DNA of 64,000 nt from Octopus sinensis. Its lineage: Eukaryota. This document shows, piece after piece, positions 49,231 through 63,628 of this stretch. The translations under genes were made by a program, and so were the position numbers. Every line of letters starts with the position of its first letter. The first letter of the stretch is position 1. The stretch spans positions 20,398,001-20,462,000 of the forward strand of contig NC_043002.1 in assembly GCF_006345805.1 (NCBI RefSeq), written 5' to 3'. The notes beneath the pieces were generated by a model. The model was given only the letters and a program-made list of their open reading frames with translations. It had not been told where the DNA came from and searched no databases.

Positions 49231-49622
49231 ATACATATCATTGCAATTATGTTAAACTGTCGTATGTCCAAATTTGGCCAAATACTTTTTTTTTTCTATG
49301 TTTAATTTTGCTTGCAATAGGCAATTCTGTTCGTCAAACTATCGTACCTCCAGCTGCTTCAGATGAAAATTGTCTAAGTGTAGTGCAACAGTGTAGCATT
49401 TTTCAAAAGTGTATTAAGTCTCACATACAACAGTTTTGCAAAAATATTTCTGACTGAAAATATCATACATAGGCGTAGGAGTGGCTGTGTGGTAAGTAGC
49501 TTGCTTACGAACCACATGGTTCCGGGTTCAATCCCACTGCATGGCACCTTGGGCAAGTGTCTTCTACTATAGCCTCGGGCCGACCAAAGCCTTGTGAGTG
49601 GATTTGGTAGACGGAAACTGTT

Positions 49623-49653
<31 letters not shown>

Positions 49654-51806
49654 ATATGTATATCTGTCTATGTTCGTCCCCCCCCCCCAACATCGCTTGA
49701 CAACTGATGGTGATGTGTTTACGTCCCCGTAACTTAGCGGTTCAGCAAAAAAGACTGATAGAGTAAGTACTAGGCTTACAAAGAACAAGTCCTGGGGTTG
49801 ATTTGCTCGACTAAAGGCAGTGCTCCAGCATGGCCACAGTCAAATGACTGAAACAAGTAAAAGAGTTTGGAGTTATGATTTGTTATGCACCCAACAAAGT
49901 ATTATTGCAAAGCTGAAATTGTTGCTAATGTAAAAAGAAATAGAATGGTGAAACTATTTTTTCGTTTTCTGACATAAAGTATCATTTTGAACTTACGATA
50001 CTTTTACATAATAACGATATATATATTGTTGCTATTATGTTAAACTGTCGTATGTCCAAAAAGAGTTAAATTCCCCTTTTTTTCAATATTTATCTTTGCT
50101 TGCAATAGCTGGTTCTTTTGGGCAAAATATTGTATATCCAACTGCTTCTGATGCCAAGATATCAAAAATTGTCAAAGTGTAGTACAATGGTTCAGCATTT
50201 TTCAAAAGTGTAGTAAGTCCCACATATGACAGTTTTACATAAATGTTTCTGCCTGAAAATATCATACATGTATGGAGTTGCTCGAGGATTTACGGTGTAT
50301 ATATATATATGTGTGTGTGTGTATGTGTGTATATATATGTTTGTGTCTGTGTTTGTTCCCCAACCATTGCTTGACAACCGATATCGGTGTGTTTACACCC
50401 TGTAACTTAGTGGTTCGGCAAAAGAGACTGATAGAATAAGTACCAAGCTTACAAAGAATAAGTCCTGGGGTCAGTTTGTTTGACTAAAAGCAGTGCTCCA
50501 GCATGTCTGCAGTCAAATGACTGAAACAAGTAAAAGAATATATATATACATGTATATATGTATACATGATTGGCTTCCACACAGTTTCCATCTGCCCAGT
50601 TCACTCTCAAGGCATTGGTTGGTTCAGGGCTATAGTAGAAAATACATGTCCAGAGTGCCACACTGGGACTGCTCCTGGAACCAAGTGGTTGTAAAACAAG
50701 CTTCTTAGCCACGCCTGTGCCTACAATGACGAGGAAAGTTTTTTTTTTTGTATAGTATATAGTATATAAGTACCACTTAAATTCTCTTGTTAAAACATTA
50801 AGAAGGCAGATAGAAGTCATGTCTAGATTGTCATTGTTGCTTATAATGATATCCCAATGCGTATCCTTCTGTCACAGATGTTGCTACTTCAATGTCCAGC
50901 ACTGTAACCAATAAATGAGCCAACCTCATTCTATGTGGTCACACGACCAGTTAGAAATAGCAGCTAAAAGAGGTAGTAAATTGACAGTCATTAGAGCATC
51001 ATAGAAAATGCATTGTGATATCTGTTCTGAAACTCTGCTCTCTGATTTCAAATCCAACCAAGGTTAGTGGATTGGTAGAGATGTTAGAGCATCGGACAAA
51101 ACTCCCTTTGGCTCTTGTTCAGGTCCTTTGCATTCTGAGTTCAAATCTTGTTGAAGTCAGCTTTAACTTTCATTCTTTCTGGGGTCAAAAAGTAAAGTAC
51201 CAACCAAAGGTGGTAGATTGGTGAAAATGTTAGAACATCAGATGAAATACCTTGTGATATTTGTTCAATCTCTTTGCACTGTGTGTGTGTGTGTGTGTGT
51301 TTGTGTGTGTGTCTGTGTCTGTGTTTGTCCCTCACCACTGCTTGATGACCAGTGTTGGTGTATTTACATTCTCATAACTTAGCAGTTCGGCAAAAAAAAA
51401 AGATAGAATAAGTACTAGGCTTCTAAAATTAAGTCCTGAGGACGATTTGTTCAACTAAACCCCTTCAAAGCAGTGCCCCAGCATGGTTGTAATCTAATGA
51501 CTGAAATAAGTTGGAAATAAAAGATAAGAGTTGCTATGGGTAACATGTAACCCAGTACTACCTGTTGCATGGTTGAACCATCGGTGACTAAACTGGCAAC
51601 CCTACAAAGTCTGCTTGGTAAGGAGGACAGTTTCCATTGAAGACCCTGCAGGACAAAAACAACCTGTCAAAGGGCCGATTAATTCAGTAGAGTCAACATC
51701 CATCCAACAGGTGGAAGTGAAAGACCTTTAATCTTTGTTTAGACATCTTTCTGGAAGGAAAACTGATATAACCCTTTTGACTTTGTTTGTATCCAGTGAT
51801 TTAGAA

Positions 51807-52524
51807 CAGCGGTTCTCAACCAGGGTCCATATGGCCCTTGGGGTCCAGATGAAATTTAGTTGTTAAAAATTATGTGCACTCAGTCAGTTATATTTCTATA
51901 ATACTCAAGATATACTCTTTTACTTGTTTCAGTCATTTGATTGTGGCCATGCTGGAGCGCCGCCTTTTAGTCAAGCAAATAGACCCCAGGGCTTATTCTT
52001 TGTAAGCCTAGTACTTATTCTATCGGGGTCTTTTGCAGAACTGCTAAGTTATGGGGACGTAAACACACAAGCATCGGTTGTCAAGCAATGTTGCGAGGAC
52101 AAACACAGACACCCAAACATATACACATACACACATATATATATACACACACATACATATATACGACGAGCTTCTTTCAGTTTCCGTTTACCAAATCCAC
52201 TCACAAGGCTTTGATCAGCCTGAGGCTATAGTAGAAGACACTTGCCCAAGGTGCCACACAATGGGACTGAACTTGGTACCATGTGGTTGGTAAGCAAGCT
52301 ACTTACCATACAGCCGCTCCTTTTTATACGATTATTCCTTATATTTATACATTTTTTACACAATTCCTTATATTATAAAAATATATAAAAATGTAACAGG
52401 ATTTATATAAACATGTTATAAAAATGTAACGGGATTTTAAAAAACTTCAAATGGCTAAGGGGATCTGGTAGAGTAAAGTAAGAATCAAAGGGGGCCACAG
52501 GCAAAAAATGGTTGAGAACCACTG
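51807..52524. mobile_element. hAT MITE containing a nested S3 SINE
   Basis: CAGCGGTTCTCAACC ... GGTTGAGAACCACTG termini; no clear TSD. Confidence 0.65.
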
Positions 52525-53529
52525 ACGAGTAGTAATTCTTGGGATGGGGGGACAAATGCATTTGTAGTTCAGAGAGTGGGATTGGCCTTTCTTCACTTTA
52601 AAATCTTCAGGCACTGACATCGCATGATTTTTAACATCTCTTTTATGTGTTGCATTCTGTGGTTGGGTGTAGCCAAAAAAAAAAAGGGCAAAACAGTCAA
52701 TAAAAAAATTCCATGATGGAATGAAGGCTTGTATCTGTGTGGGTGGTAAGTTCTCTGAACACCTGTAAGAGGCACCCATCATTGCCACATCTGCACAAAA
52801 GAGTATAGGAGGTCCCTGGCAGGACTGAAAACCTACATTCATGCTGTTTTAAGAGAAGGGATCAAGTAATAGAATCGCTTGAAATTGAGTTGCACGGCAA
52901 TTTGTTTTGATTGGAGTTTTCACATGACAGCTTATTCAACTGTTTGAATCAACCAAGAAGCAAAACTTAAATTCCCAGTCAAAACAAATTTTATAATAAA
53001 TTTGACACTACACTCAGTTTTGTGTCTCTCCCATAAGTAAATGTTCTCTTGTTAATCCCAGACTTGTTTTTAGAATAATAACCTTAAGTTAATTCACTCA
53101 CGCAAACATACACACATCAATCCATCTATATATAGTTGCTTTACAAATGTTACTGAGTTTGTTTAAACTTCCATCTGTATTTATATATCCTGTTTGGTCT
53201 GTGAGTTTTTGTTGATAATCGTCTGTTGAAGATGATAACTGAATCATACAGTCAGTGGTTCAAAAGGATAGCAACATCACATTATTAAGCATTGCCCTGT
53301 CTGTCCTTCTCTGTCTGCAGTCAGACTGTAACATTAAATGTAGTAGACAGTAGTTCGACTAGTGTCAATTATGGAAAGGTTTTGTTAGTCAAACTCACAG
53401 CAATGTCCCCTTGAGTGTGTTTGTGTGCAAATAAATATATATATGTATTCAATGATTATGGTATATGTATGTACACGCGTGTATGTGTGTGTATACAATA
53501 CATATAATGTGTATATCTACAAATGTATG

Positions 53530-53587
<58 letters not shown>

Positions 53588-55836
53588 CATACACATGCTT
53601 GTATACACACACACACACAAAGTTCTTGGTAATGTACAGTGGAATATATTAATAATAACAGAAAAGTTACCCAGAAATAATGGATGTATGTTTATTTATA
53701 TAGAGATATTAGAAGTTTTATTTATGCAGATATGAGGGTCACACATGGCAAAAACTGAATGTGTGTGTGTGTGCTTTTATGTGTGTGTGTATGTCTGCTG
53801 GTGTATACTTTTGTGTATTTGTATGTGCTTTTGTGTGTGTGTGTGTCTGTTTGGAACTCCTAATTGACTGTCAACCTTTGATTATAGTAGATATTACTAT
53901 CAACTCTACCCAATGTATTGAGTTCTACAGTAGGTAATGTTTATACAGTGAAGGTATGTAACTCAGTGGTTAAGGTGTTTGACTCATGGTCATAAGGTCA
54001 TGAGTTCAATACCCTGTGACGTGTTGTGTCCTTGAGCAAGACACTTTATTTCATGTTGCTCTAGTCCCCTCAGCTAACAAAAATGAGGAGTACTTGTATT
54101 TCAAAAGGGTTAGTCTTATCATATCCTGTGTCATACTGAATCTCCCCGAGAATTATGTTAAGGGCATGAATGTTTGTGGAGTGCTCAGGCACTTTCATGT
54201 TAAAGCTGTTCTGTTGATCTGATCGACTGGAACCTTTGTCATTGTAACCAATGGAGCGCCAGCCAGTAGAATGGTTTGTAGAAGACCTGTTGAGGCAAGT
54301 GAAATCAAAAATCAAATTCAAATTTGATGACTGGCGTCCGTGCTAGCAAGGTGCAAAGAGCACCATACGAGTGTGATCATTGACAAAGCAGCTAACCGGC
54401 TTCCGTGCCAGTGGCACTTAAAAGGCACCATTCGAGCGTGATCGTTACCAGTGTCACATTACTGGCACTCGAGCCCCGTGCTAGTAGGGTATTAAGAGCA
54501 CCATCTGAGCATGATCATTGCCAGAGTGGCTATCTGGCCTCCGTGCTGGTGGCACGTAAAAGACACCGTTTGAGCGTGATCGTTACCAGCATCGCCTTAC
54601 TGGCACCCGTGCCAGTGGCATGTGTAAAAGATTTGAGTGAGGTCGTTGCCAGTGCCGCCTGACTGGCCCCATGCCGATGGCATGTAAAAGCACCCACTAC
54701 ACTCTCCGAGTGGTTGGCGTTAGGAAGGGTATCCAGCTGTAGAAACTCTGCCAGATAAAAATCGAAGCCTGGTGCAGCCATCTGGTTCACCAGTCCTCAG
54801 TCATACGTCCAACCCATGCTAGCATGGAAAGCAGACTTTAAACGATCAACTGCCTGAAACTGGCCCTGATTCTGTTTTAAAGTGATCTAAGCCCAAAAAC
54901 TTCCATTTGAACCCTTTTGTTACCAACCTAGCTGAAACCACCCCTGGCTCTGTAGTACAAATGTCTTGTTTTCATAAGTTTTGAATTAAAATCTTCCACA
55001 ATTTATGTTCCTAAAACTAGCTTAATGATAACTAAGTTATTCTACTAAATTCTTTGTTATATCTGAAGTAATTGAAAGAAACACAGAGCATCTCAAAATA
55101 AATTCAGTAACGAAAGGGTTAATAAGGACAAAGTTATTTTAATAAGTTTGTTATTATTTCCAAAACTAATTCAAACAAAGAATGCATGTTTCAAAAAATA
55201 TGGTAATAAAAGGGTTAATCGTAGTCATAATTTTAAGAAAAGCATTAAAATGTGTTCACACACACACATTAAATGTGTGTATATATGTGTGTGTGTCTTC
55301 ATTCATCTTTACTGTGTGTATTCATGTAACTCCTTTCATATTGGGGTTTGCTCTTTTTTCTTTCAGCACCTTCACAGTACAGACACATAATATATAACTA
55401 CTCATGCCTACACATACATACATGAAATATATGTATAGACTTATATACACTTACGCATGCATGTGTGTATAGTAGCATTTAGACACACACACACACAGAA
55501 ATGAGATAAAAAATATGTTTAACATCTGTGCCCTATTTGATATCGTGTTAGACCCCTTGTTGCAGCCAGAGACACAATCATTCCCTAATATATCAGATGA
55601 CATTTTAAAAGGTCTGAGGTTTGGTGTATGTGTGTGTGTTTGTGGGGGGATTTCTGGGGGTCACCAACCCACCTCTTTGCACTGATTCCTCCTCCCCCGC
55701 ACACACACCACACCAGGACCTGTCTTTCCTTCTTTGTCACTTACTGTTTTGAATAACAAGGGACAGCTGAGATAATTTTTCTAAGGGTTGCTATGTCTGT
55801 ATTTGGGTATTTATGTGTTTGTATATTGACACACAC

Positions 55837-55890
<54 letters not shown>

Positions 55891-57019
55891 TGTGTATACA
55901 CACACATGTATAAGCTAATACCATGTTTAGGAATACCAGACCAAGTTTGGCGTCAAAAATCTATGAAATCCCATAAATAATTATATGCACATACTCAAAA
56001 ATGAACAAAACGCATGCTGCAGGCGTATATATGTATACATACATATATGTATGTGTCTGTGTGAGTGCATGTGTTTGTACTATATTTATAAATATGAGTG
56101 TGCATGAGTGTTCTTGCATAAGATAATTAAAGAATTAATTAATTTATGGTGAACACAATTTTTTGCAGAAATCCAGGGTTAATGCAAGGGAGATAACAAT
56201 TCTTATAAGTTACCTCCCATGATGATCATCATCATCATCACCATTTAATGTCCGTTGTCCATGCTGGCATGTGTTGGATGGTTTGACCAGGGCTGGTAAG
56301 CTGAGGGGCTGCACCAGACTCCAGTCTGATTTGGCATGGTTTTCCATAGCTGGATGCCCTTCCTAATACCAATGACTCTGAGTGTGTAATGGATGCTTTT
56401 ATGTGCCATTGGCACAGGTGCCATTTGTGTGACACCAGTATCTGCCACGACTGATGTTGCTCAGCTTAATGGGTCTTCTTCTCAAGCATGACATAATGCT
56501 AAAGGTCTTGGTCATTGCCTCCATGAGGCCCAATACTTGAAAGGAACTCAGCCACTTTGCCTCCCTGAGGCCCAATGCTTGAAAGAAACTCAGCCACTTT
56601 GTGTCTGTGAGGCCCAATGCTTTAAAAGGTACTCTTTATATGCCAGTTACGTGACACCAGCATCAGCCATGATTTCACTTGGCTTGATGGGTCTTCTCAA
56701 GCACAGCATAGTGCCAAAGGTCTCAGTCACTAGTCATGCTTCACCATTTTGTCCCATGTCTTCCTGGGTCTACCTCTATCACATGTTCCTTCCACAGTTA
56801 GAGATCTACACTTCTTTACACAGCTGTCCTTGTCCATACATATCACATGACCATACTTGTGCAGTTGTCTCTCTTGCACACCACATCTGATGCCTAACTT
56901 TTCTCTCAAGTTGCTTACACTGTTGAACATGTACACTGACATTGCACATCCAGCGAAGCATACTGGCTTCATTTCTTTCAATATTGGTTTCATTTATTTC
57001 AAAGGTACTGGCTTCCTGT

Positions 57020-57566
57020 GTATTTATTTCAAAATCCTGTTCAGTCTCGTGTAAACTTGTGTATTCTCATCCAAAGTGGAGACAAGTACCAACATTTCCA
57101 TGTGACATACTTGAACAATTGTGAATTCACTTGGAAGGGGAAATTCTGTCTGGTTTCAGTAGGATGGGGCTCCACCCCATTATGCATCACAGGATTGTGA
57201 TTTTCTGAATGAACATTTTCCAGGGTGATGGCTTGGGTGTTGTGGCCCAATTGAATGGGCACTACAGTCACCAGATTTAGCTCCCAAGGACTTTTTCTTC
57301 TGGGGCTACATTAAACCCCTTGTGTATTCTGAAAAGATTCGTAACCAAGGACATCTTCTTCAAAGAATTGTTGAAGCATGTGAACAAGTCAACAGCAATG
57401 AAGAGCTATTAGAGAGGGTTCATTGCAATTTTAAATTCCGTATGAACACTTGTTTTGAGCTACATGGCCAACACTTTGAAAATTTGTAATGAATTATTAC
57501 CTGCTTCATACCTAATAAAGCATAGTTGATATCTCCTGTGGTGCATGACTTTGTGGTCACCCTGTA
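57020..57566 (+). mobile_element. Tc1/mariner transposase 3' remnant with right TIR
   Basis: WFQ*DGAPPHY..FLNEHFPG*W.G..GPIEW..SPDLAP.DFF.WGYIK.LVY..HGQHFENL*; ends CACCCTG-TA. Confidence 0.85.
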
Positions 57567-57803
57567 TATCGCATATATAACAAAGGTAGTGAACTGGTAG
57601 AATTGTTTGCGAGGCAGGCAAAATGCTTAGTGGTGTTTTATTCATCTTTATCTTCTGAGTTCAAATTCTGCCGAAGTCAACTTTGCCTTTCATCTTTTTG
57701 GGTCAATGAAATAAGTACCAGTTGAGCACAGGGGTCAGTGTAATAGACTAGTCCCCCTCCATCCCTCAAAATTTCAAACCTTCTGCCCATAGTAGAAAGG
57801 ATA

Positions 57804-57852
<49 letters not shown>

Positions 57853-58469
57853 TGGCTGTGTGGTAAGTAGCTTGCTTACCAATGACCTTGTTCCGGGTTC
57901 AGTCCCACTCTGTGGCACCTTGGGCAAGGGTCTTCTACTATAGCCTCAGGCCAACCAAAGTCTTGTGAGTGTATTTGGTAGATGGAAACTGAAAGAAGCC
58001 CGTCGTATATATATATATATAATATATATATATATACATACATGTGTGTGTGTGTGTGTGTGTGCTTGTCCTCCACTATTGCTTGACAACTGATGTTGGT
58101 GTGTTTACGCCCCCGTAACTTAGCGGTTCAGCTAAGAGACCAATAGAATAAGTACTAGGCTTACAAAGAATCAGTCCTGGGGTAGATGTGTTCGACTAAA
58201 GGCAGTGCTCCAGCATGGCCGCTGTAAACATAACTGAAACAAATAAAAGAACAAAAGAATATAAGAATATATATATACATAAATATATATTGACAGTGAT
58301 AGTCAATAAAATATAAATAAGATTAAAAATTTATTCTTTCTGTGTGACCCAGTACCAAATGATCCATGACCTAGAATTGATCCATGGTCCTCTGGCTGGG
58401 AACTCGTACCTTAGGCTACCACACCAACACCAGGAGCACCATAGGTTACCCTACCACCCCAAGCAGCAG

Positions 58470-59510
58470 TCAAGACCACCACCACCACCACCACATCACT
58501 GATAGCTTTCAAATACCACTCTGCCATCCTACCACACAACCATATCAACATTGATGCTCCACCTCTGACCACTGATATGCCCCTCACACACAGCAACCCA
58601 CTGATACTGCCACTGTACCACTCCACCACCACCTACTCCACCGGCCCCCTACTCCACTCCCCACCACCACCCCATTGCTACCCCACTATTCCCTGTACAG
58701 CTCTGTGTATTATTATATAAGCCAAGTTGAACTTGGAACTTTAGTGTTTTGTTTTTTGTATTTTTCGCACCCTTTCCTCTCCTCCCCCTCCCATTGCCCT
58801 TATTTCTTCAATAATTAATAAAGGCTTCTATCTCTCCTTTTTTCTCCCACCCCCTTTTCCGTGCACCCCCTTAGGCTACTTTTTTCTCCCTCTCTTGGAG
58901 GGACAATTTTCTGTCTGTTCTCTTGGACAAAGAGAATTTCTTCTCCCCCACCTTCTCTGCTGTTTCATTGGCATAATCATAGATGGCGATGGTGGTGGTA
59001 TGACAGTGGCAGTAGTGGTGGTCATGGTGTTGGTGGTGGTGGGGCAGTGGCAGTAGTGGTTATGGTGTTGGTGGTGGTGGGGCAGTGGCAGTAGTGGTTA
59101 TGGTGTTGGTGGTGGTGTGGCAGTAGTGGTAATGGTGTTGGTGGTGGTGCTGCTGATGCAGTTGGGGTTAAATTTGTGTTTGCATTAGCTGATAGTGTAA
59201 AAGTAAGGAGTTTGTATTCTGAATGAGACAGTGTTAGTGGTGGTATTACCTAGACTACAAACCCCTTACTTTTACATTATCAGCTAATGCCAACACAAAT
59301 TTAATTTCAAATGTACCACAACCACCACCACAGCCACAACCACCACCACTGCTACAAGCACCACCACCACCACTGCCACAACCGCCACTACAACCACCAC
59401 AGCCAGCACCACCACCACAGCAACCATCACTACAACCACCACCACCAACACCCACCACCACGGCCACCACTATCACCACCACTACCACTACCATCACCAC
59501 CATCCAGAAT
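58470..59510. repeat. (CCA)n/(TGG)n low-complexity region with a central 49-bp inverted repeat
   Basis: Arms 59168-59216 / 59256-59304. Confidence 0.85.
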
Positions 59511-62500
59511 GGTTTTAGTGGTAGTATATGGTGTTTGGTGTTGTGGTAAAATAGTGCTTTTGGAAACCTGTCAGCTGCACATCTTCAGACATGGACAGGA
59601 GCTCTCGTCTCCCAGAAGTAGCTTGTGCCCACTGATGGCCATACCATGGCAGCTCACTTGGGCTGGTGGGAAAAACTAAGTAGAAATTCCCAGCAATATC
59701 AGAAGGATTACTGTACAGAAGAAGTCACTCCTTAAGTGCACAAAGACTGAAATAGCAGGTGAGCCAGAAGAACCCAATATGATCAGTGGCTCAGAATGCA
59801 CGGCAGCAAGATATGTGATGTATCTTAAAGGCATTCCCTTGACAGAATACAGACTGGTAGAATCATTAGCACGCTGTGCGAAATGCTTAGCGGTATTTCG
59901 TCTGCCGTTACGTTCTGAGTTCAAATTCCGCCAAAGTCGACTTTGCCTTTCATCCTTTCGGGGTCGATAAATTAGGTACCAGTTACACACTGGGGTCGAT
60001 GTAATTGACTTAATATCTTTGTCTTTCCTTGTTTGTCCCCCTCTATGTTTAGCCCCTTGTGGGCAATAAAGAAATAGGTATTTCGTCTGCCATTACGTTC
60101 TGAGTTCAAATTCCGCCAAGGTCGACTTTGCCTTTCATCCTTTCGGGGTCGATAAATTAGGTACCAGTTACGCACTGGGGTCAATGTAATCGACTTAATA
60201 CCTTTGTCTGTCATTGTTTGTCCCTTCTATGTTTAGCCCCTTGTGGGCAATAAAGAAATAAGAATACAAACATGCACTCATTTTTCCATGGAAGGGATTA
60301 GGGCCTCATCATCTACGTGATTGCATCTATAGTGTGGAGTTTCTTGACGTTCAACATACTAAAAGCAGAAGAGGAAGGGTGTTTTATTGGTAAGGATGAG
60401 AGAAACCGTCTGGTACCATTGTTGCTGATTGGGCTGATCTGCAATTGATCAAAGATGCCATAGCTATAACCATCACATCGTTATCATTATTTGATGTCCA
60501 GCTTTCATGCTTGTATAGACTGGATGGTTTGATAGGGACTGACAAGATGGGGGACTGCATCATGCGCCAATGTCTAGTTTGGCATGGTTTCTAAAGCTGG
60601 GTTCCCTTCCTTATGCCAACCACTTTACAGTATGTACTGAGTATTTTATTTTTGTGTGTGTGTGTGTATGTGGTACCAGCACTAGTGATGATTTCCTTGT
60701 AACTTGCAAGGCTAAGGCCCTAAAGTGGCCCCTACAACTGAAAGAGGAGAGAAGATGAGGCAATGCTCCTTGGTAAAGACATAAAGACTGTCAAGTAAGA
60801 GGTGGGATGAGGAATATGGCAGGAATCAGGGGAGAGGGAAGATATTAATGACAGGGTTGAGAAAAAGGGAAGGATAGAGTTGAAAAAGTAATAGGGTGTG
60901 TTGCGTAAGGGGATACTTTGGGTTATCTAATGGACAGAAGTTGAGGGGTGGGTTGGGAGTGAACAGGAGACAGGAAGGGAGCAATAGATTAGGGTGGCAA
61001 GGAATCCAGGGTGAGTCACTGCCTGAAAGAAAAGTGGTGGGGGTCATCCTGCAAGTAGGTCAGAGAGGAAAAGTTGAGAAGAGGCGTTAATGTTTTGAGG
61101 AAGCAGAGAGGACAATCAAAGAAAAGGCGGCAGAATGAGAAGGATGAGAAATATCAGAGGGTAAAGTAGAAGTAGGAAGAAGAGGTTAACAAACTGAAAA
61201 TGATAGTAAATTGTTATCTTTCTTTTACTTGTTTCAGTCATTGGACTGTGGCCATGCTGGAGCACTACCTTGACCAAATCGACTCCAGTACTTATTTTTA
61301 AATCTGATACTTATTCTATTGGCCTCTTTTGCTGAACTGCTATGTCATGGGGACGTAAACAAACCAACACCATTGCCAGGCAGTGGTGGGGGACAAACAC
61401 AAACACCGATACATATACACATACATACATAAGGCACTTCCACACAGTTTCCATCTATCGAATCCATTCAAAAGGCATTGATCAATCTAGGGCTATAGCA
61501 GAAGTCACTTGCCCAAAGTGCCGTGCACAAGGACCAAACCCGAAACCAAGCTTGTTAGACCACACAGTCACGCCTGCATTTATATAGCTGTATAGTTTTT
61601 TGTGTGAATATACCATGTGTAACACTAGTTGTCATCAAATGCTAATGACTGCAATTATATGACAATGCAACGCTATGTTTCTTGATGATTGAGAGATGCT
61701 ACAGATGTTATGTGGGCAGCTATAATTCATCTTATATTATTACAAAGCCTCAAATATCACATAATCAATTATAGACCAAATAGTAGGTAAATTTATATAT
61801 AAATGAAGCAACAATTTGATACCCTGTTATTAAAGACTTTAAACATGTGGTCTCTATTTTACAAGGGGGTATAGAGTTTGTTGATGGAAATGTAGCAGCG
61901 ATAGGTCAAGGAAGTACACCGAAGCCTCCTCACAGCCAGTAAAAACCGTTTGATGTCGAAAGAAGCTGACTTCAAAGATGTTCAATGCAATTTTCTGTTC
62001 ATGTCTTTTTTTTTTTTTTGCTTTGAATTCTTGTTTACTAACTCCAAGTTAACAACACTAAACTGTGTTAGCAGTACTAAATCTGTCACTTAACCAACAG
62101 AACTTGTCTGTTACTCTAAAAGCTTGTAGTTTTTACATACTCTCGACTCTTGTCCCTTGCTAGCAACATAATAAAATGATTATTATTTATTGAGATGAGG
62201 CTTCTGGCACCTTCACTGTTGGTCTTTCTTTATCATTATTATTAGTTTCCTTTTTTGAAAGAAACCCTTGTTGGCAAGGTGCAAAGGGGTGGATTGGCCA
62301 AGAATTCTGCCTAGTCTATCTTTAGATCACTTAAGGGAGAATAAGATAAAGTAAATTAGAAATAAAAATAAACTATTAGAACATCTCTTGGTGCATCGTA
62401 TTGCTCATAATGGTACTGCTCATGTATATGTTTGTGAATTTGTTGTATATATATGTGTGTATATGTTGTATATGTTATGTGTGTTCTGTGTGTAAATAAT

Positions 62501-63067
62501 GGATTAAAACAGTGCTAGTGTTGTAGACATCGACCACACATACTCAGCATGTTTTGTTTGTTTGCTGGTTCGCTGTGGTATAGTACATGGAGTGGGGGTG
62601 ACTCCCTCGTAACGCTGGGTGTTAAAAATACTTAAAATGTCTGAAAGTCATAGAGAGGCAAGACAACTCATCGATCCAATTCAGGAGTGATGGATACCAA
62701 TATTTTGCCATTTTTGTGGCCTCTCATCATCATCATGTACCTGAATTGAACTGGGGACAATCTGAATCGCTAGTCTATAACTATATGTAAATACTATGAG
62801 GCTGATAATTGCAAGAGCATCTGGTTGTAAAAAACCTGCCTCAATAAATCTCGTCTGATCCATTTAAGCATGGAAAACTGGCCATTAAAACTGATTAGGA
62901 GTCCATCATGCCCGTGCATGTGTGTGTATATGTGTGTGTGTGTCACTTTCATCCCTCCCACCCCTCCACTGTATCACTATTGATATGCATGACATAGATT
63001 TAGCTGCCACTGACCTAGAGCTTATAGATTGTGAATCTCACTTGACCTGTCACTGGACCTTCTAGAT

Positions 63068-63260
63068 CAGGGCTCCAAAACCAGTATGCCACAGCACACT
63101 GGTGTACCAGGAGACGATGCTAGGTGTGTCGCAGTGTAACCTGATTATAATTTTTTTTTTTCCCCTATACTTTTTAGTTGTACTTTTAGCTCAGGTGTGC
63201 TGCCGAATTTTGAAAAGAATACAAGTGTGGCGCAAGTGGAAAAAGGTTGCGGAGCACTAG
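63068..63260. mobile_element. hAT-Charlie MITE with NTCTAGAN target site
   Basis: TTCTAGAT-CAGGGCTCCAAAACC ... GGTTGCGGAGCACTAG-ATCTAGAT. Confidence 0.7.
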
Positions 63261-63597
63261 ATCTAGATGCATACTAAGTCAGGGTTAGTAGGAGTTACAC
63301 AAAAACAACAACAACAACAGCAGCAGCAACAACAACAACAACAACAACATTATTTGTTGCTGTTAATTATCCTTGGTCTTTTAATAGCCTGAAGTTAAAA
63401 ATAATATATATATGTGTGTTTGTATATATATATATATATATATACATATACATAACTCTGTGTACAAATAAATACAACATAAACAGAAAACCATACTCAC
63501 CCCTCCACCTCTCATTAACACCTCTTCCTAAAAATTCTTACATCTCATACATAGCTAACCTTGTATTTTGATGTTTATCATATATGACAGGTACGTT

Positions 63598-63628
<31 letters not shown>

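Noticed and set aside
48145-49305. 386-aa His/Thr-rich ORF
   Set aside because: Translation of degenerate (CA)n repeats.
52690-52750. KFHDGMKA peptide resembling an RTE reverse transcriptase
   Set aside because: Too short and isolated to call.
59255-59679. Gly-rich and His-rich ORFs
   Set aside because: Translations of (CCA)n/(TGG)n tracts.
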